A DNA stretch of 64,000 nucleotides from Geosiphon pyriformis uo1. Its lineage: Eukaryota > Fungi > Glomeromycota. Position 1 is the stretch's first letter; every line of letters starts with the position of its first letter. Made by a program: the position numbers and the translations under genes. A model generated the notes under the pieces. The model searched no databases, had not been told where the DNA came from, and saw only the letters and a program-made list of their open reading frames with translations. The stretch lies in contig JAAOMT010000436.1 of the NCBI GenBank assembly GCA_016748015.1, positions 2,275,622 through 2,339,621 of the forward strand. The letters are read 5' to 3'. This document shows positions 13,146-24,245 of the stretch, in pieces.

Positions 13146-16100
13146 TTATATCTGATTTTTGTTGATTATTTGGGTCGGTATTACCACAACAGATAACCAA
13201 TCAGGTCATTTATAATATTTTTTGAGTCGTGTGCCATAAACAGGGCGATCATTAAAGATTGTTTCATATTGATCTTGTAAGATATAAAAACCATTGTTCA
13301 AAACTTTGTTGATTATAAAGAGTCTTTTCTACCGGCTAGAGAATTTATCACCATAGACATTGTCTCTGTCTGAACGGTATTCTAAAACTAAGTTACCAAC
13401 ACTTAAGGAAAGTGTTTTATATGTTTTTTTTTTTCTTAAGCTTCTCTTGGAATTGTTTTATCTTTTCAAAAACAATTATCCATGCTTCTACTAATGAGTC
13501 AAGAATGGTACCAAGTCTTCTTTGCAAAATGTCTTTGTAATTTTTTATTGTTATTTCTTTAAAGGGTATTGTCTCAATGTTAGTTTCTATTGGTAGGGTT
13601 GCCATTTGTTTATAGAGTAGATAAAAGGATTCATAACTTGTTATGTTATGATTCACAGTTCTATAAACAAACAAAGCTGAAGGCAGTACTTTGTCCCATA
13701 AGTTTGTTTCTTCACTGGTTTTGGCTAGGGTTTCACATAGTGTTCTATTGAAATGTTCTATTAGGCCATTTGTTTAGAGGTGATAAGGAAAGGAAAGTTT
13801 GTGACGTATTTCCATTTTTCTGCAAAGTTTTTCAACAAGTGTACTGAGAAAAGCTCTTTCTCTGTTAGATAAAAGTTCTTTGAGGCAGCCATGGTGACAA
13901 ATGATATCTTCATAAATGAAATTGGCTATTGAAACTGCTGTTTGGTCTGGAGTGGCTCTTGCTTTTACCCACTTTGTAAGATAGTCAGTAGCTGTGATAA
14001 TGTATCTATTGCCATCAGGAGTTATTGTTAAAAGTCTAACAACATCTATACCAATTCTGTCAAAGAGTTGACCAACAGAGATTGAATAGATATCTTCTTT
14101 GCGATTGGGTTTTTCTCTTTTTTGGCAGATATCACAGGTTTTGATATATTTAGCAATATCTTTTCCCAAGATAGGCCAATAATAACGAGCTAAGGTTTTC
14201 TAAATTGTTTTTGTTTTTTCAAAGTGTCCAGCTAATGGATCAGTATGCATATTGTAGATCACAATTTCTTTTTCTTCAAATCTGATAATTATCTGGGAGC
14301 AGTCAGGATCTTTTCTATTTTTTTTATAAAGTTGGTTCTGGTGAATCAAATAAAAATTTGATTGTTTGCACAAATGTTCTCTTTGTTGTTGTGTGTATTT
14401 TGGTGGATATTGTCCTTTACCCAAAAATTCTATTAAGACAGTGTAGTTGTTTAAGTCCATTATCATGTTTGTCAAAAAAGAGGAATTACTAATAATTAAG
14501 TTGGTTTGGTTTGAGAGGGTTGTTCTATCACTGGATGGTAAGTCTGGAGAGAGCATCGGCGTTTTGATGATTAGCTTCTTTGCGATGTTGAATATCATAG
14601 TCAAATTCATCTAAGTGGAGTATCCAGCAAGTTATCCATTTGTGTTCTAGCCTCTTTTTGTTGCACAGCCAAACCAAAGCTTGGTGATCTGTTACCACCA
14701 AAAACTTCACACCAAGAAGATACTTACTCCAGTAACTGGTGGACCATACTACTGCTAAGCATTCTTGTTCAGTGACTGAATAGTTCTGTTTTGCTGAAGA
14801 AAGAATTCTGCTGGCATAGGCTATGGCATGTTTTTTGTCATCTTTATTTTTCTGGAAGAGAACAGCACCAAGTCCAAAGCCAGATACATCAGTGTGGAGG
14901 ATAAAGGGTCGATTTAGATTTGGTTGCTTGAGGATGGATTCTGTAACCAGTTTTTTCTTTAAAGTTTCAAAGGCTTTTTGCTGATGTGTTCCCCAATGAT
15001 AATTGACATTTTTTCTAAGTAGCTGATTGAGAGGAAAGGTGATTTTAGAGAAATTCTTGACAAATTTGCGATAATAAAAGGCCAAACCAAAAAAAGAGCA
15101 TAGTTTATGAATGTTCATTAGTTGTTTGATGTTTTGGACTTTTTCAACTTTGGCTGGGTCAAGAAAGATTCTATCTTTTGTGATAAGATGACCAAAAAAC
15201 TGGGTGGATTGTCTTCCAAAGAAAGATTTAATTGGGTTGATCTTGAGGCCAGCATTTCTGAGGAGGTCAAAAACCTTTTGCAAATGTTCCAAGTGTTCAT
15301 CCCAGGTTTTTGAGTATACTATTATGTCGTCCAAATAGACTAGAACAAAATTTTCTTTGACTGATTCAAATACTTTATCCATTAAGCATTAAAAGGTGGA
15401 AGTGGTGTTGGTGAGACCAAAAGGCATGACTGTGAATTCATAGGTGCCATACTTGGTGATGAAGGCAGTTTTTTTTCTACTTTCTGGATTCATCTCTACT
15501 TGTCAGAATCCAGCAGTTAAGTTAATGGTTGAGAAGAAAGCAGCATCTTTGAATTGGTCTAACATTACATCAATCTTGGAAAGTGGGTACATGTCTCTTT
15601 CAGTGATGGCATTTAATTGGCAGTAGTTAACACAGAAGCATAATGTTTCATCTTTCTTGAATACCACTACAACTGGGAAAGCCCATTCACTCTTGGTTTT
15701 TTGTATGAATCCAAGTTCTTTCATCCGGTTTATTTCTTTCTTGATAAACTCATCATTGTGCCAATTGGATTGATAAGGCTTTAAATGGATGGGTCAAGTT
15801 TCTCTGGTGGTAATAGTGTGTTGTATTACATGGGTACATCCAGGGGTATCACCTTTTTTGGAGATAACTGGGCTATTTCTAGCCAGCAAATTTTTAATGT
15901 CTATTTTTCTTTCTTCTGAGGAGGGTTCTTTTTGTTTTATAGTCAGTGATTAGATCTCAAGTGGTTCATTCTTAAAGAACTTCTGTATTTCTTTCAATTC
16001 TTCTCTGGGTATCAAACTGATTGGTTCCCAATCTTTGTAATAGATCAGGCATGATTTGTATTTATCACTTGGAGAATACAAGAGTTTATTGCACCAACAC

Positions 16101-17221
16101 TAGACACAAGGACGATGCCACCAAAAACTGTATTTGGCTTTCTTGCCAGGTTTTCTTTCAAAAGTTCTTTTAAGAATATCATAATAAGGCCAGCAGATTA
16201 GCTTGCCATTTACAATGATTCCTTTTTTGTCTGCTTTAACATTATCCAGTGGTTTGTTATTGCTGGTGAAGGTGGTATAGGTGAGTTTAGCAGTTTTTTC
16301 TTGCTCTTCTTGTTCTTCTTCTTCATCACTCTCTTCATCATCTGATTCATCTAATTGTTCTTCTTTTTGGTTTTGTTTAGATACTGGGGAAGTTGTTCAA
16401 TGGTGACACTTAACCACAATGGGTTTCTTACCACATCTGATGGTTAATTTACAAAGTTCATAATCAAGCAAAGCTTTTGCTTTCTTGAGCCATTTATTGT
16501 TAACAATGATGGTGTATTTCTTAGCTTCAGAAACTTCCATGTCAGTTTCAATGCTAATTCCATTGATGTGGACAGGAACAGCTTTGGCAATACCCAGTTC
16601 TTTCTTTTTGTCACCATGTATATTGGTCATTGGTTTGGTGGAAGGTTCATCAATCTTTCTACTAATTGCTTTCAAGAAGTGTTTGACAATGACACTAACA
16701 GATAATTCACTGTCCAGAATTAAGTTAATGAAGTATCCAGCCACTTGGGCTTTACAAATCAGAGGGGTGACATTGCTGTTGTCAGCAAGTCCAGCTTGGC
16801 GAAAACATTTGTTGGTTTTTGGTGTCTTTTTCTTTAGGATCAAGAATTTGTGAAGATCCTTTCTGAACTGTGGGTGGGTCATTAACTGGCCAAAGGTAAT
16901 ATGTGCTGGGGTTTCTATGAGATCTTTGACAACAGAATAGGGTCCAAATTTTTGTACAATTTCTAGGGGTTCTAACTTTGGAGAATTCTTAAAAACTTTA
17001 GCCTTTGGTGGCTCATTGTTATTAGTGGCAAAAGTTGAGGCTTTGTTGGGGTTTAGAATGAAATCAACCTTAGCTTTCTTCTTCTTTCTGGTTGGTTCTA
17101 AGATGTTGATTGCTAGTTCATCCATGTCATGGTCATCATCAGTTAAGTTAAAAGCGTAAAAGGGGTTTTCTTCTAGTTGGCTTGCACTTTCACCCTTTGG
17201 AGGTGCACCTACCAGTTTAAA
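13146..17221 (-). pseudogene. pol of A2 (protease, RT, RNase H, integrase), disrupted
   Basis: LILDS protease motif, YLDD, HTDVSG RNase H, H-H-C-C integrase; scattered transition stops. Confidence 0.93.
17180..17221 (-). promoter_or_regulatory. Putative -1 ribosomal frameshift signal (U UUA AAC plus downstream structure)
   Basis: Heptamer at 17215-17221 in gag phase just before the gag stop; pol is in the -1 frame; also present in A4 at 59795-59801. Confidence 0.75.
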
Positions 17222-18765
17222 GACTGATAAACAATGGCTTCAACTAGGGGATCCTCTCCAAAGAAATTGATGTTGGCATGATTGGGTCTTTGGTTGGGGA
17301 CATTGTTGTTGTTGTTGGGTCTGTTGTTTTGGTTGTCATTGTTTCTGGGAGCTGGAGGAGGCAGTAGAGGATTGTTACAATCTCTTGAATAATGTCTAGT
17401 TAATCCACAATGATAGCACACAGGTGGGCCACAATTTTGCTGTCTTTGATAGGGAGGTTGATGGGACTGGTTAAAACAAAGTTTATATCTAGATCTTGGT
17501 AGTTGCTAGTTATTTCTGACTGCTTGTGCCAATGGTTCTAATAACCAGGCAAAGTTAGCTGTGAGTCTATCTATTAATTGTTCATTTGGGTCTTGGGTTT
17601 GGGCAGCAAAAGAAGTAGCAGCCATTTGAGGAGCAGTGGCCATGGCAGGAGCAGGAGCAAAAACTGGAAGTGTGGATCCCAGATGCATCCTTTGGTTATC
17701 TTCAATCTTTTGGATGAGTTCAATAGCCATGTCCATTGTAGAGTTGTCTTTCAAAGCCAAGAGAGGCCAAAGAGCATAAGATAAGTCAGTTCTCAATCCT
17801 TTTGTAAAGGAATAAATCTTTTGTTCTTCTGTCCAGTTTCTTCCAGAGTCTACTCGCTTGATTAACTTTCTGATTGCTTTGACATATTCGGTCATAACTT
17901 CACCAGGATCTTGGGTTCTTCTTTCTAATTCCATGTGCCACTTGGATATCAAGATTGGAGTTTTGAACTTGTTTTCAAACTGGATTGTAAAAAAGGTGTT
18001 GTTTTCTCTGGCATTTGCTGACATCCATCTAATAATTCTTTGATGAGCATTGGCATCAGTTTCTTGTGAGAACCAGGTAGCAAGAGAGCCTTGAAGGTAG
18101 CCACCAACAATTTGAAACTTGTACTCATCATCATATTGGTTGGCTGTAGCAGCTTTCTTAAAGTCATCCAACCATTCAATTGGATCTTGGGAATCACCTC
18201 TGAATAATAGTAATGGGGTGTTATTTCTTTGCCCTAAAGCAGTCTGTATATCTTGGAGGGCAATCAGAATGTTTTGTTGTAGAGGGTCTTAAGCCATTGG
18301 TTCAGGTGTAACTGTTTGTGTGGAGTGTTCTGATTCACTTGAAAAGAGATCAAAAACAGGAGCAGTTTGATAGCTTTCTTCTTTTGTTTCAAAAAGAGTT
18401 TCTGTTGATTGATGGACAGCAATCCAAATGTGGATTTGATGATTCAGATATTCAAAATCAGGGGGCTGTTGTTCAAAGGTTGCAAAATATAAAAGCTGAT
18501 TAATACTGTTGTTTCTTCCTTCAAAGTTGTCTTCAAAATAAGTTTGCTCAAAGTAATAGATTGTATAAGCTGTGTAGGTTTTAGCTGAATGCTCATTCAA
18601 GAACCAGTTTCAAAAGTCTTGGAATTGTCTGCTGGATTGTTTTTCAATGGGAAAGCAAATCAAGCAGGAGAGCAAAGGATTGAGTTCAATAAAGTCTAAA
18701 TCATTTTTGTTGTGTGCTTTAAAGTGTTCTTCTGATTGTTGTGGCAGGTATGAATAATTACTCAT
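17209..18765 (-). pseudogene. gag of A2 with CCHC zinc knuckle
   Basis: ATG 18765 is in frame with ORFs 18289-18600, 17506-18171 and 17209-17421; CYHCGLTRHYSRDC. Confidence 0.9.
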
Positions 18766-18794
18766 ACAATAGGAAACAAAGTGGATTTTAACAA

Positions 18795-18811
18795 TCTTAC
18801 AGGGAGCACCA
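18795..18811 (-). promoter_or_regulatory. Primer-binding site of A2 (TGGTGCTCCCTGTAAG)
   Basis: Complementary to a tRNA 3' end ...CAGGGAGCA-CCA; 6 nt from the LTR; same in A3 (from 43161) and A4 (from 52277). Confidence 0.85.
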
Positions 18812-21705
18812 CTTTTATGTTACAGGTTGAAGTAACAAGCTAATGGATAGCAAGGGAGAACAGGATTGTAGGGTGATGGAAATAATCAAAGGGGATTCAA
18901 TTTCAATGAACAAATTAAATGAGTATGGATTCAATATGCGAGATCAGTTTCATAAAATATCTCAGTTACTATTCTTTTCAAAAGATAACAAAGGAATCTG
19001 AAGGTAGAGGGATAGTCCGTACTGTCAACAATTAATCACCACTGGTATAATTCTATGTCTCACGTCAGCACTCTTAGAATTCAATATCAGGTATCAACTT
19101 GTGCTCTTCAGTCATGTTTATACAAATAGTCTTCAAATACTACAATTATTCAAACAGGAAAAGGCCAACAAGTAATCTTTTATGCTAAGATGTTCAGATA
19201 CTTGAAGATAGGGAAAGGGAAATTAGTGATAAGAGAGTGATTGAGATAAAAGTTGTTATTTTTATTTATTTGATTCTTGTCTGAGAGATGATTTTCTACA
19301 GCTAAGAGACTTATTGCTTATATAGCTATTAAAAGTGGTCAATGATCAGATCAATGATCACTATCTAAAAATAGAATGGCTAATTATATGACATCAATGG
19401 CTAATACATGTGATAATTAATAAAAATTATGGGTTTCAACTGTAACAATATTTTTGTATTGTATTATCCTAAATTATTATGTATTTTTTTGTGTTATTTT
19501 GCATTATTACATTTTTTTTATATTATTATGGTTTTTCCATAACTTTGAATGGGTCTTTCTATATAAGTAATATTATTCCTCTTTTTTAGAATTCAGCTCC
19601 TACAAAATTGTATTTTTATATAATATTCAATTATTTATTAAGTATTGTTTTTTGTAGATTTTCAAATTGTGAGTTTGTTATTTGCTTTATGCTGTTAACT
19701 GTAATAGTTTTTAGTATACTATTTAGCAATACAACTGGACAGTATTTAAATATAGCATATAGTTAATACGTTGCTTTGTAGTATAATGTTAAATTGTTTT
19801 TTTTAACAAATTTTTTTACTTGTTTAAAAGCTTTTCTGTTGAATATTTATTTGTTAATATCTATGTATAATATTTGTAAGTCTAGTTTTTCACTAATTTT
19901 AAAGAATTAATACACTAGTAGAAGTCTTTTTTTTCATACTTTGGAGTTTTTTGGTGTCTATTTTTTCATGTTAGAAAGTTTTAATCTCTTAAAAAAAAGC
20001 TTATTGGATTTTTTTTAGTATTAGAAATCACATACTCTTTTTTTTCTTTTTTTCTCATATATAAAAATAAAACATTCAGTTTTTTTTGAATTTTTGTCCA
20101 TTTTTTTTTGTTCATGTCTTTGTATCATATTTTTTTTCTATTAATTGTAATTTCTATTAATGTTGTGATTTGTTGAATTGCTTCAAATAATTGTTTTAAA
20201 AGTTTTAATATTTGATTTGAAAAATCTATATTAAAAATACTATTGACTTTTTTTTGTTGTCTTAATCTTTATATATACTTAAATTTTCTTAATTAAATAA
20301 TCATATATTGATTATATTTCAACAATAATAATTGGTTTTAAATCTTATGATATATTTTCTGGTTTAATTAATAAAATTTGTATTCTTAATTAAGATATAG
20401 ATAACAATAATTCTTGATTTATATAATAAATTTTTAACTAATTTTCATGTGCTACTTTTTTTAAAATTCTGTTTTTCAATCTTAATTTGTAAGTTTTATT
20501 GTCTAAAACTTTATATATGTAAAATAGTTTATCTTACTTTAGGTGGCTCTGGTTCTTAAGTTGTGGTAGACTTTTTGCATACAAACATTGATTGGTTTAG
20601 GTCATCTTTGGTGTGGCATTCTAATTCACATTTGGTCTCCGACTTTATTAGTAGGAGTACTACTAACACTTGTACTTATTTTATGAAGGCTTTGTATTAC
20701 TGGCTTTTTATTACTGTTCATAAGCATTTGTATACCAAAAGTTATCCAAGTGTGGTATTTTTGTTTTGTGGAAATATTGAGGTTTCAGATCATGCTTTCT
20801 TCTGTTCATTTAATTCTGATGTTCATGTTCAGCTGCTGGACACTTATACAGCTGAATGGAGGGTAATTTCTGGTCTGTTTCACTTAGTATTACAGATGAT
20901 TATTTGGGGTCTCAAAGCAAATAACAAATCCATAACTTGGTGCTTGGTTGGTATTCTGGTGTTAATATCTGAAGGTTTTGTTGATCTGAAAGTTTTGTTG
21001 TGGAGTTTTTTATATAATGGACAGAGATTTAATAGTTGTTTTTAGTAGTCTTCCAGAATTGCAATTCTGTCGAATTTCTTTCTCAATGTAATGGCTGGTA
21101 ATCCTCCTGATAAGCTATCCTCAAATCTATGAGTGTTCTACCCTTGTTTCACAAGTCTTTTACCAGTCCTTATGACGTCTGTAACTTAGCACTTTAATCC
21201 TTAATCAATTTAGTAAATAACAAAAGAAAATAAAAGAAAATAAAGAAATAAACAAAAGCAATTGCAAGTTAGTATACTGTCAATAGCCATAATCAAAAGC
21301 TATTGTTTCAGTGTGATTAAGTATTACTATCAACATGAAGTGTTAATAGTGGAAAGTAGATTGAGATGGTGAATAATTATTTATTGATAGTTGTGAATAA
21401 AATGTTTGTTTAGATCAGATCTAAACTGGAAGATCTCTAACTAAAAAATTTTGTCTTTTTTACTTCTAGTACTACTGCTATATATACATAATCGAAATTC
21501 CTCAATTCCTCAATTCTTCACACCAGAAATCTTAGAATTCCTGAAATCCTGCAATTTCTTATACAAGAATCCTGAAATTTCTGGAATTCTGCAATTTTTC
21601 TTGAGAGAAATCCTGAAATTCCACATTTACTATGGCTACTTCTAATTGGCTAATTTATATGCTAATATACTCCCTATGTTCTATAAGTAATATTATTTCT
21701 TCCTT

Positions 21706-22311
21706 TTAATATTGAGCTTCATCAAGATCTCCTAAATCTCCTAACTCTAATTTACTGTTTTTGAGTATTTTTTGAACTTTTTTTTCAAAAATTACTTGAG
21801 TTATTTTGTTCTGTAATTTTTCAAATTGGGTATTAGTTATTTTTTTTATTTGGTTAACTATGATAGAGTCTATTCCTGGATAAAATAAGATTTCTGATTT
21901 GTCTTAAAATTCTGTATGTAGCTAATAGATAGCTTTTACTTGTGTAGTCAAATTGTTTTTTCCCACAAACTATTCTAGTTGTTGTAATATTGTTGTATCA
22001 AATAATCACTTTGTTTTATTCATATATAGGTTTTGAATATTCAAGTATTGTCCCAAGTAGAAATAGCAAAAGTTTCTTAGAAATTTGTGTATCCACCATT
22101 TCCAAGTTTTTTTTGGTCAACTCTTGATATGTGGTGACACTTGTTGGTTCTTTTATTGCTAATTTTATCTTCAGAACTATTTTGTCGATAGTATTTTTTT
22201 GGTATCTCAGTATCAAATGGTTTGTTGATTAATAGTAATTTCTATATTCTGTTGTTGAATTAGTTGGAAAAATTGTTGTGCTAATGAGTGGATATTGTCA
22301 GTAATTTCTAT
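21706..22311 (-). pseudogene. ORF3 of C1, decayed; separated from its TATA box by the B1 insertion
   Basis: Translation (EITDNIHSLAQQFFQLIQ...YFYLGQYL...QQLE*FVGKNNL...VNQIKKITNTQFEKLQ) aligns with B1 ORF3; TATATAAA at 32566-32573. Confidence 0.75.
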
Positions 22312-23172
22312 TTTTTTGAAGTCTTTTGTCATATTGTTATAGGTAAACTTGGTGGATATAGGAAATGGTAATGTTTTGTGCTTTTAATTATTGATGACGC
22401 GTCTTTCACATAATTCTGTTGGCTTAGTCTTGATTATCAGTCTCTGAAGGTCTATTCCTGGATGTGAATTTACCCGTCAAGTTCTTTGGTTATAAGGCAC
22501 AGAGTTTGTCTTTCGTCAATTGTAATGTTTTTTGTTAATGTAAGCTCTCTTTTCTGAGCTAACAAGCACAGTCATTAGAGTCTGGCATTGTCTTTTCACC
22601 CTTCTGGTAAGCTAACAAGATAAAGTTAATATCCAAAACTTAGGGGAAGCTTCCCTTTTTTACCAGGCTATCACGAAGTCTATTCTCAGACAGTCAATTT
22701 TACTATGTTGCCACTCCACAAAAATAAGACAGAAAAAGAAAGAAAAAGAAAAAGAAAAGAAAAGAAAAGAGAGAAAAGATAAATTAGTATTGTCAATCAC
22801 CATAATCAAGAGCGATTGGTCCAAATCATTAATAGGTTTGAGGTGGTTATGCTAAGAGCATCTGTCTTAGAATGGAGATATAAGATAAGGGTTAATTCAC
22901 GTAAATTCCACGAAGTTCGAGAACATCAATTCATGATTCTGATTTCTTTAATAATTGGTTTATTTCAGGAGATGAAAGAGAGAAGATAATAAAAGATGAA
23001 GGGGTATGGATATTTTAATTCTTGTCTAAAGGTTTGTATCTATTTGTCTGTCTTTTCTCACTTTTACAACTACTTGCTTTTATACATTCTTTTGGTTTTA
23101 CAGGATTGCTTTCAATTGTCTCACTATTGCTAACTATTGCTTTGTTGTTTCTGTTATTGCTTTGTTTTTCTA

Positions 23173-23362
23173 TGTTATCGCTAGTTATCCTATGTTATAA
23201 CACGTTATCTGACATTATTACATGTTATTCTGTGTTATCCTGCATTATAACACATTATCCTATGTTATTGCACACTATTCTGTGTTATCCTGTATTATAA
23301 CACGTTATCCTATGTTATAATGCATTATCCAATGTTATTGTGTGTTATTCTATGTTATGTCA
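23173..23362. repeat. Family-B U3 array: about 19 units with strict 10-bp period, core (T/C)GTTAT
   Basis: TGTTATCGCT AGTTATCCTA TGTTATAACA CGTTATCTGA...; second copy at about 32308-32497. Confidence 0.9.
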
Positions 23363-23430
23363 TATTTTGGTCACATTTCTTTATAACTTTGGATCAGTTT
23401 TTCTACTCGGGTAACATTATCCCTCTCTTT

Positions 23431-24165
23431 TTAAAATTGAGCTCTTGCAAAACCATATGTATCTGTTATCGTGGCTTTGTTTATGTAATGTTCAATTGTT
23501 GCCTCGAGTATTGTCTTTTGTAGGTCTTTGAACTGTTGATTGGTTATTTGTCTTATGTTATTAACCATTATGGTTTTCATAGATCCATTCAGTAGTACAT
23601 TTGGACAATGTTGAAAGGTGGCATATAGTTGGTATGCTGCTTTGTAATATAGGGTCAGGTTTTTTTTCCCTACAAATTTTTCTACTTGTTGTATTGCTTC
23701 TTTGTTGAATGTTTTCTGGCTGAAGTTTTTGTATGGTGTTTTCAAGTCAAGCTGTTTTTCAATTTTATAGAACCAATTAGCTGGAAAAAGTCTTTTTTTC
23801 CATTCCTGGGGATTGTCAAGTGTCCACTTCTCTGTTTTGGGGAGTTCAGTTTCACGAGCTAAAGCTTCTTTTATTTTTTTGAGCTTGGGGACCAAGTATC
23901 TTCTTTTGTAATCTTTTTCTTGTTCTTTGTCTCCTTCTTTTCCACCTCCCACCTGAAAACAATTTTTCCTCCAACATTGCCTTTCAGGTGGTGGGTAGGG
24001 GAAGGAATGTTTAGTTCTAATTGAACTCTTGTCCTCCCTTCTCCTGCTCTTATCTTTGTACCATATCTCTTTTTTATCAATTGTTATTTCTATTTGAGAT
24101 GTCAATTTTTGAATTGTTTCAAATAATTGTTTAGATAATTTTAAAATTTGATCTGAAAGGTTCAT
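23431..24165 (-). CDS. ORF3 of B1, intact, 244 aa, unknown function
   Basis: Open ORF between the integrase stop (24246) and the PPT; TATATATA at 24204-24211; hydrophilic and basic. Confidence 0.82.
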   Translation of the reverse strand: MNLSDQILKLSKQLFETIQKLTSQIEITIDKKEIWYKDKSRRREDKSSIRTKHSFPYPPPERQCWRKNCFQVGGGKEGDKEQEKDYKRRYLVPKLKKIKEALARETELPKTEKWTLDNPQEWKKRLFPANWFYKIEKQLDLKTPYKNFSQKTFNKEAIQQVEKFVGKKNLTLYYKAAYQLYATFQHCPNVLLNGSMKTIMVNNIRQITNQQFKDLQKTILEATIEHYINKATITDTYGFARAQF

Positions 24166-24245
24166 GTTGAAATTTCTATTGTTTCTTGCTGCTTTTTAGA
24201 TGCTATATATATTTGAATTTCCCAATTTAATTTGCTGCCCATTGT

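Larger units (their letters stand above)
11837..19447 (-). mobile_element. Complete family-A element A2 (7.6 kb), TSD ATAT
   Basis: 3' LTR 11837-12478, 5' LTR 18818-19447, PBS, PPT; ATAT at 11833-11836 and 19448-19451; order gag-PR-RT-RH-INT-ORF3. Confidence 0.97.

Noticed and set aside
20563-21045. 160-aa ORF as a real gene
   Set aside because: Chimera of LINE ORF2 read into the C1 LTR in antisense.
23022-23523. Hydrophobic plus-strand ORFs (also 32157-32613) resembling membrane or env proteins
   Set aside because: They lie inside B LTRs, antisense to the element, and are by-products of the T-rich TGTTAT array.
23431-24165. ORF3 as a retroviral-like envelope gene
   Set aside because: The position fits, but there is no signal peptide, fusion peptide or transmembrane segment.
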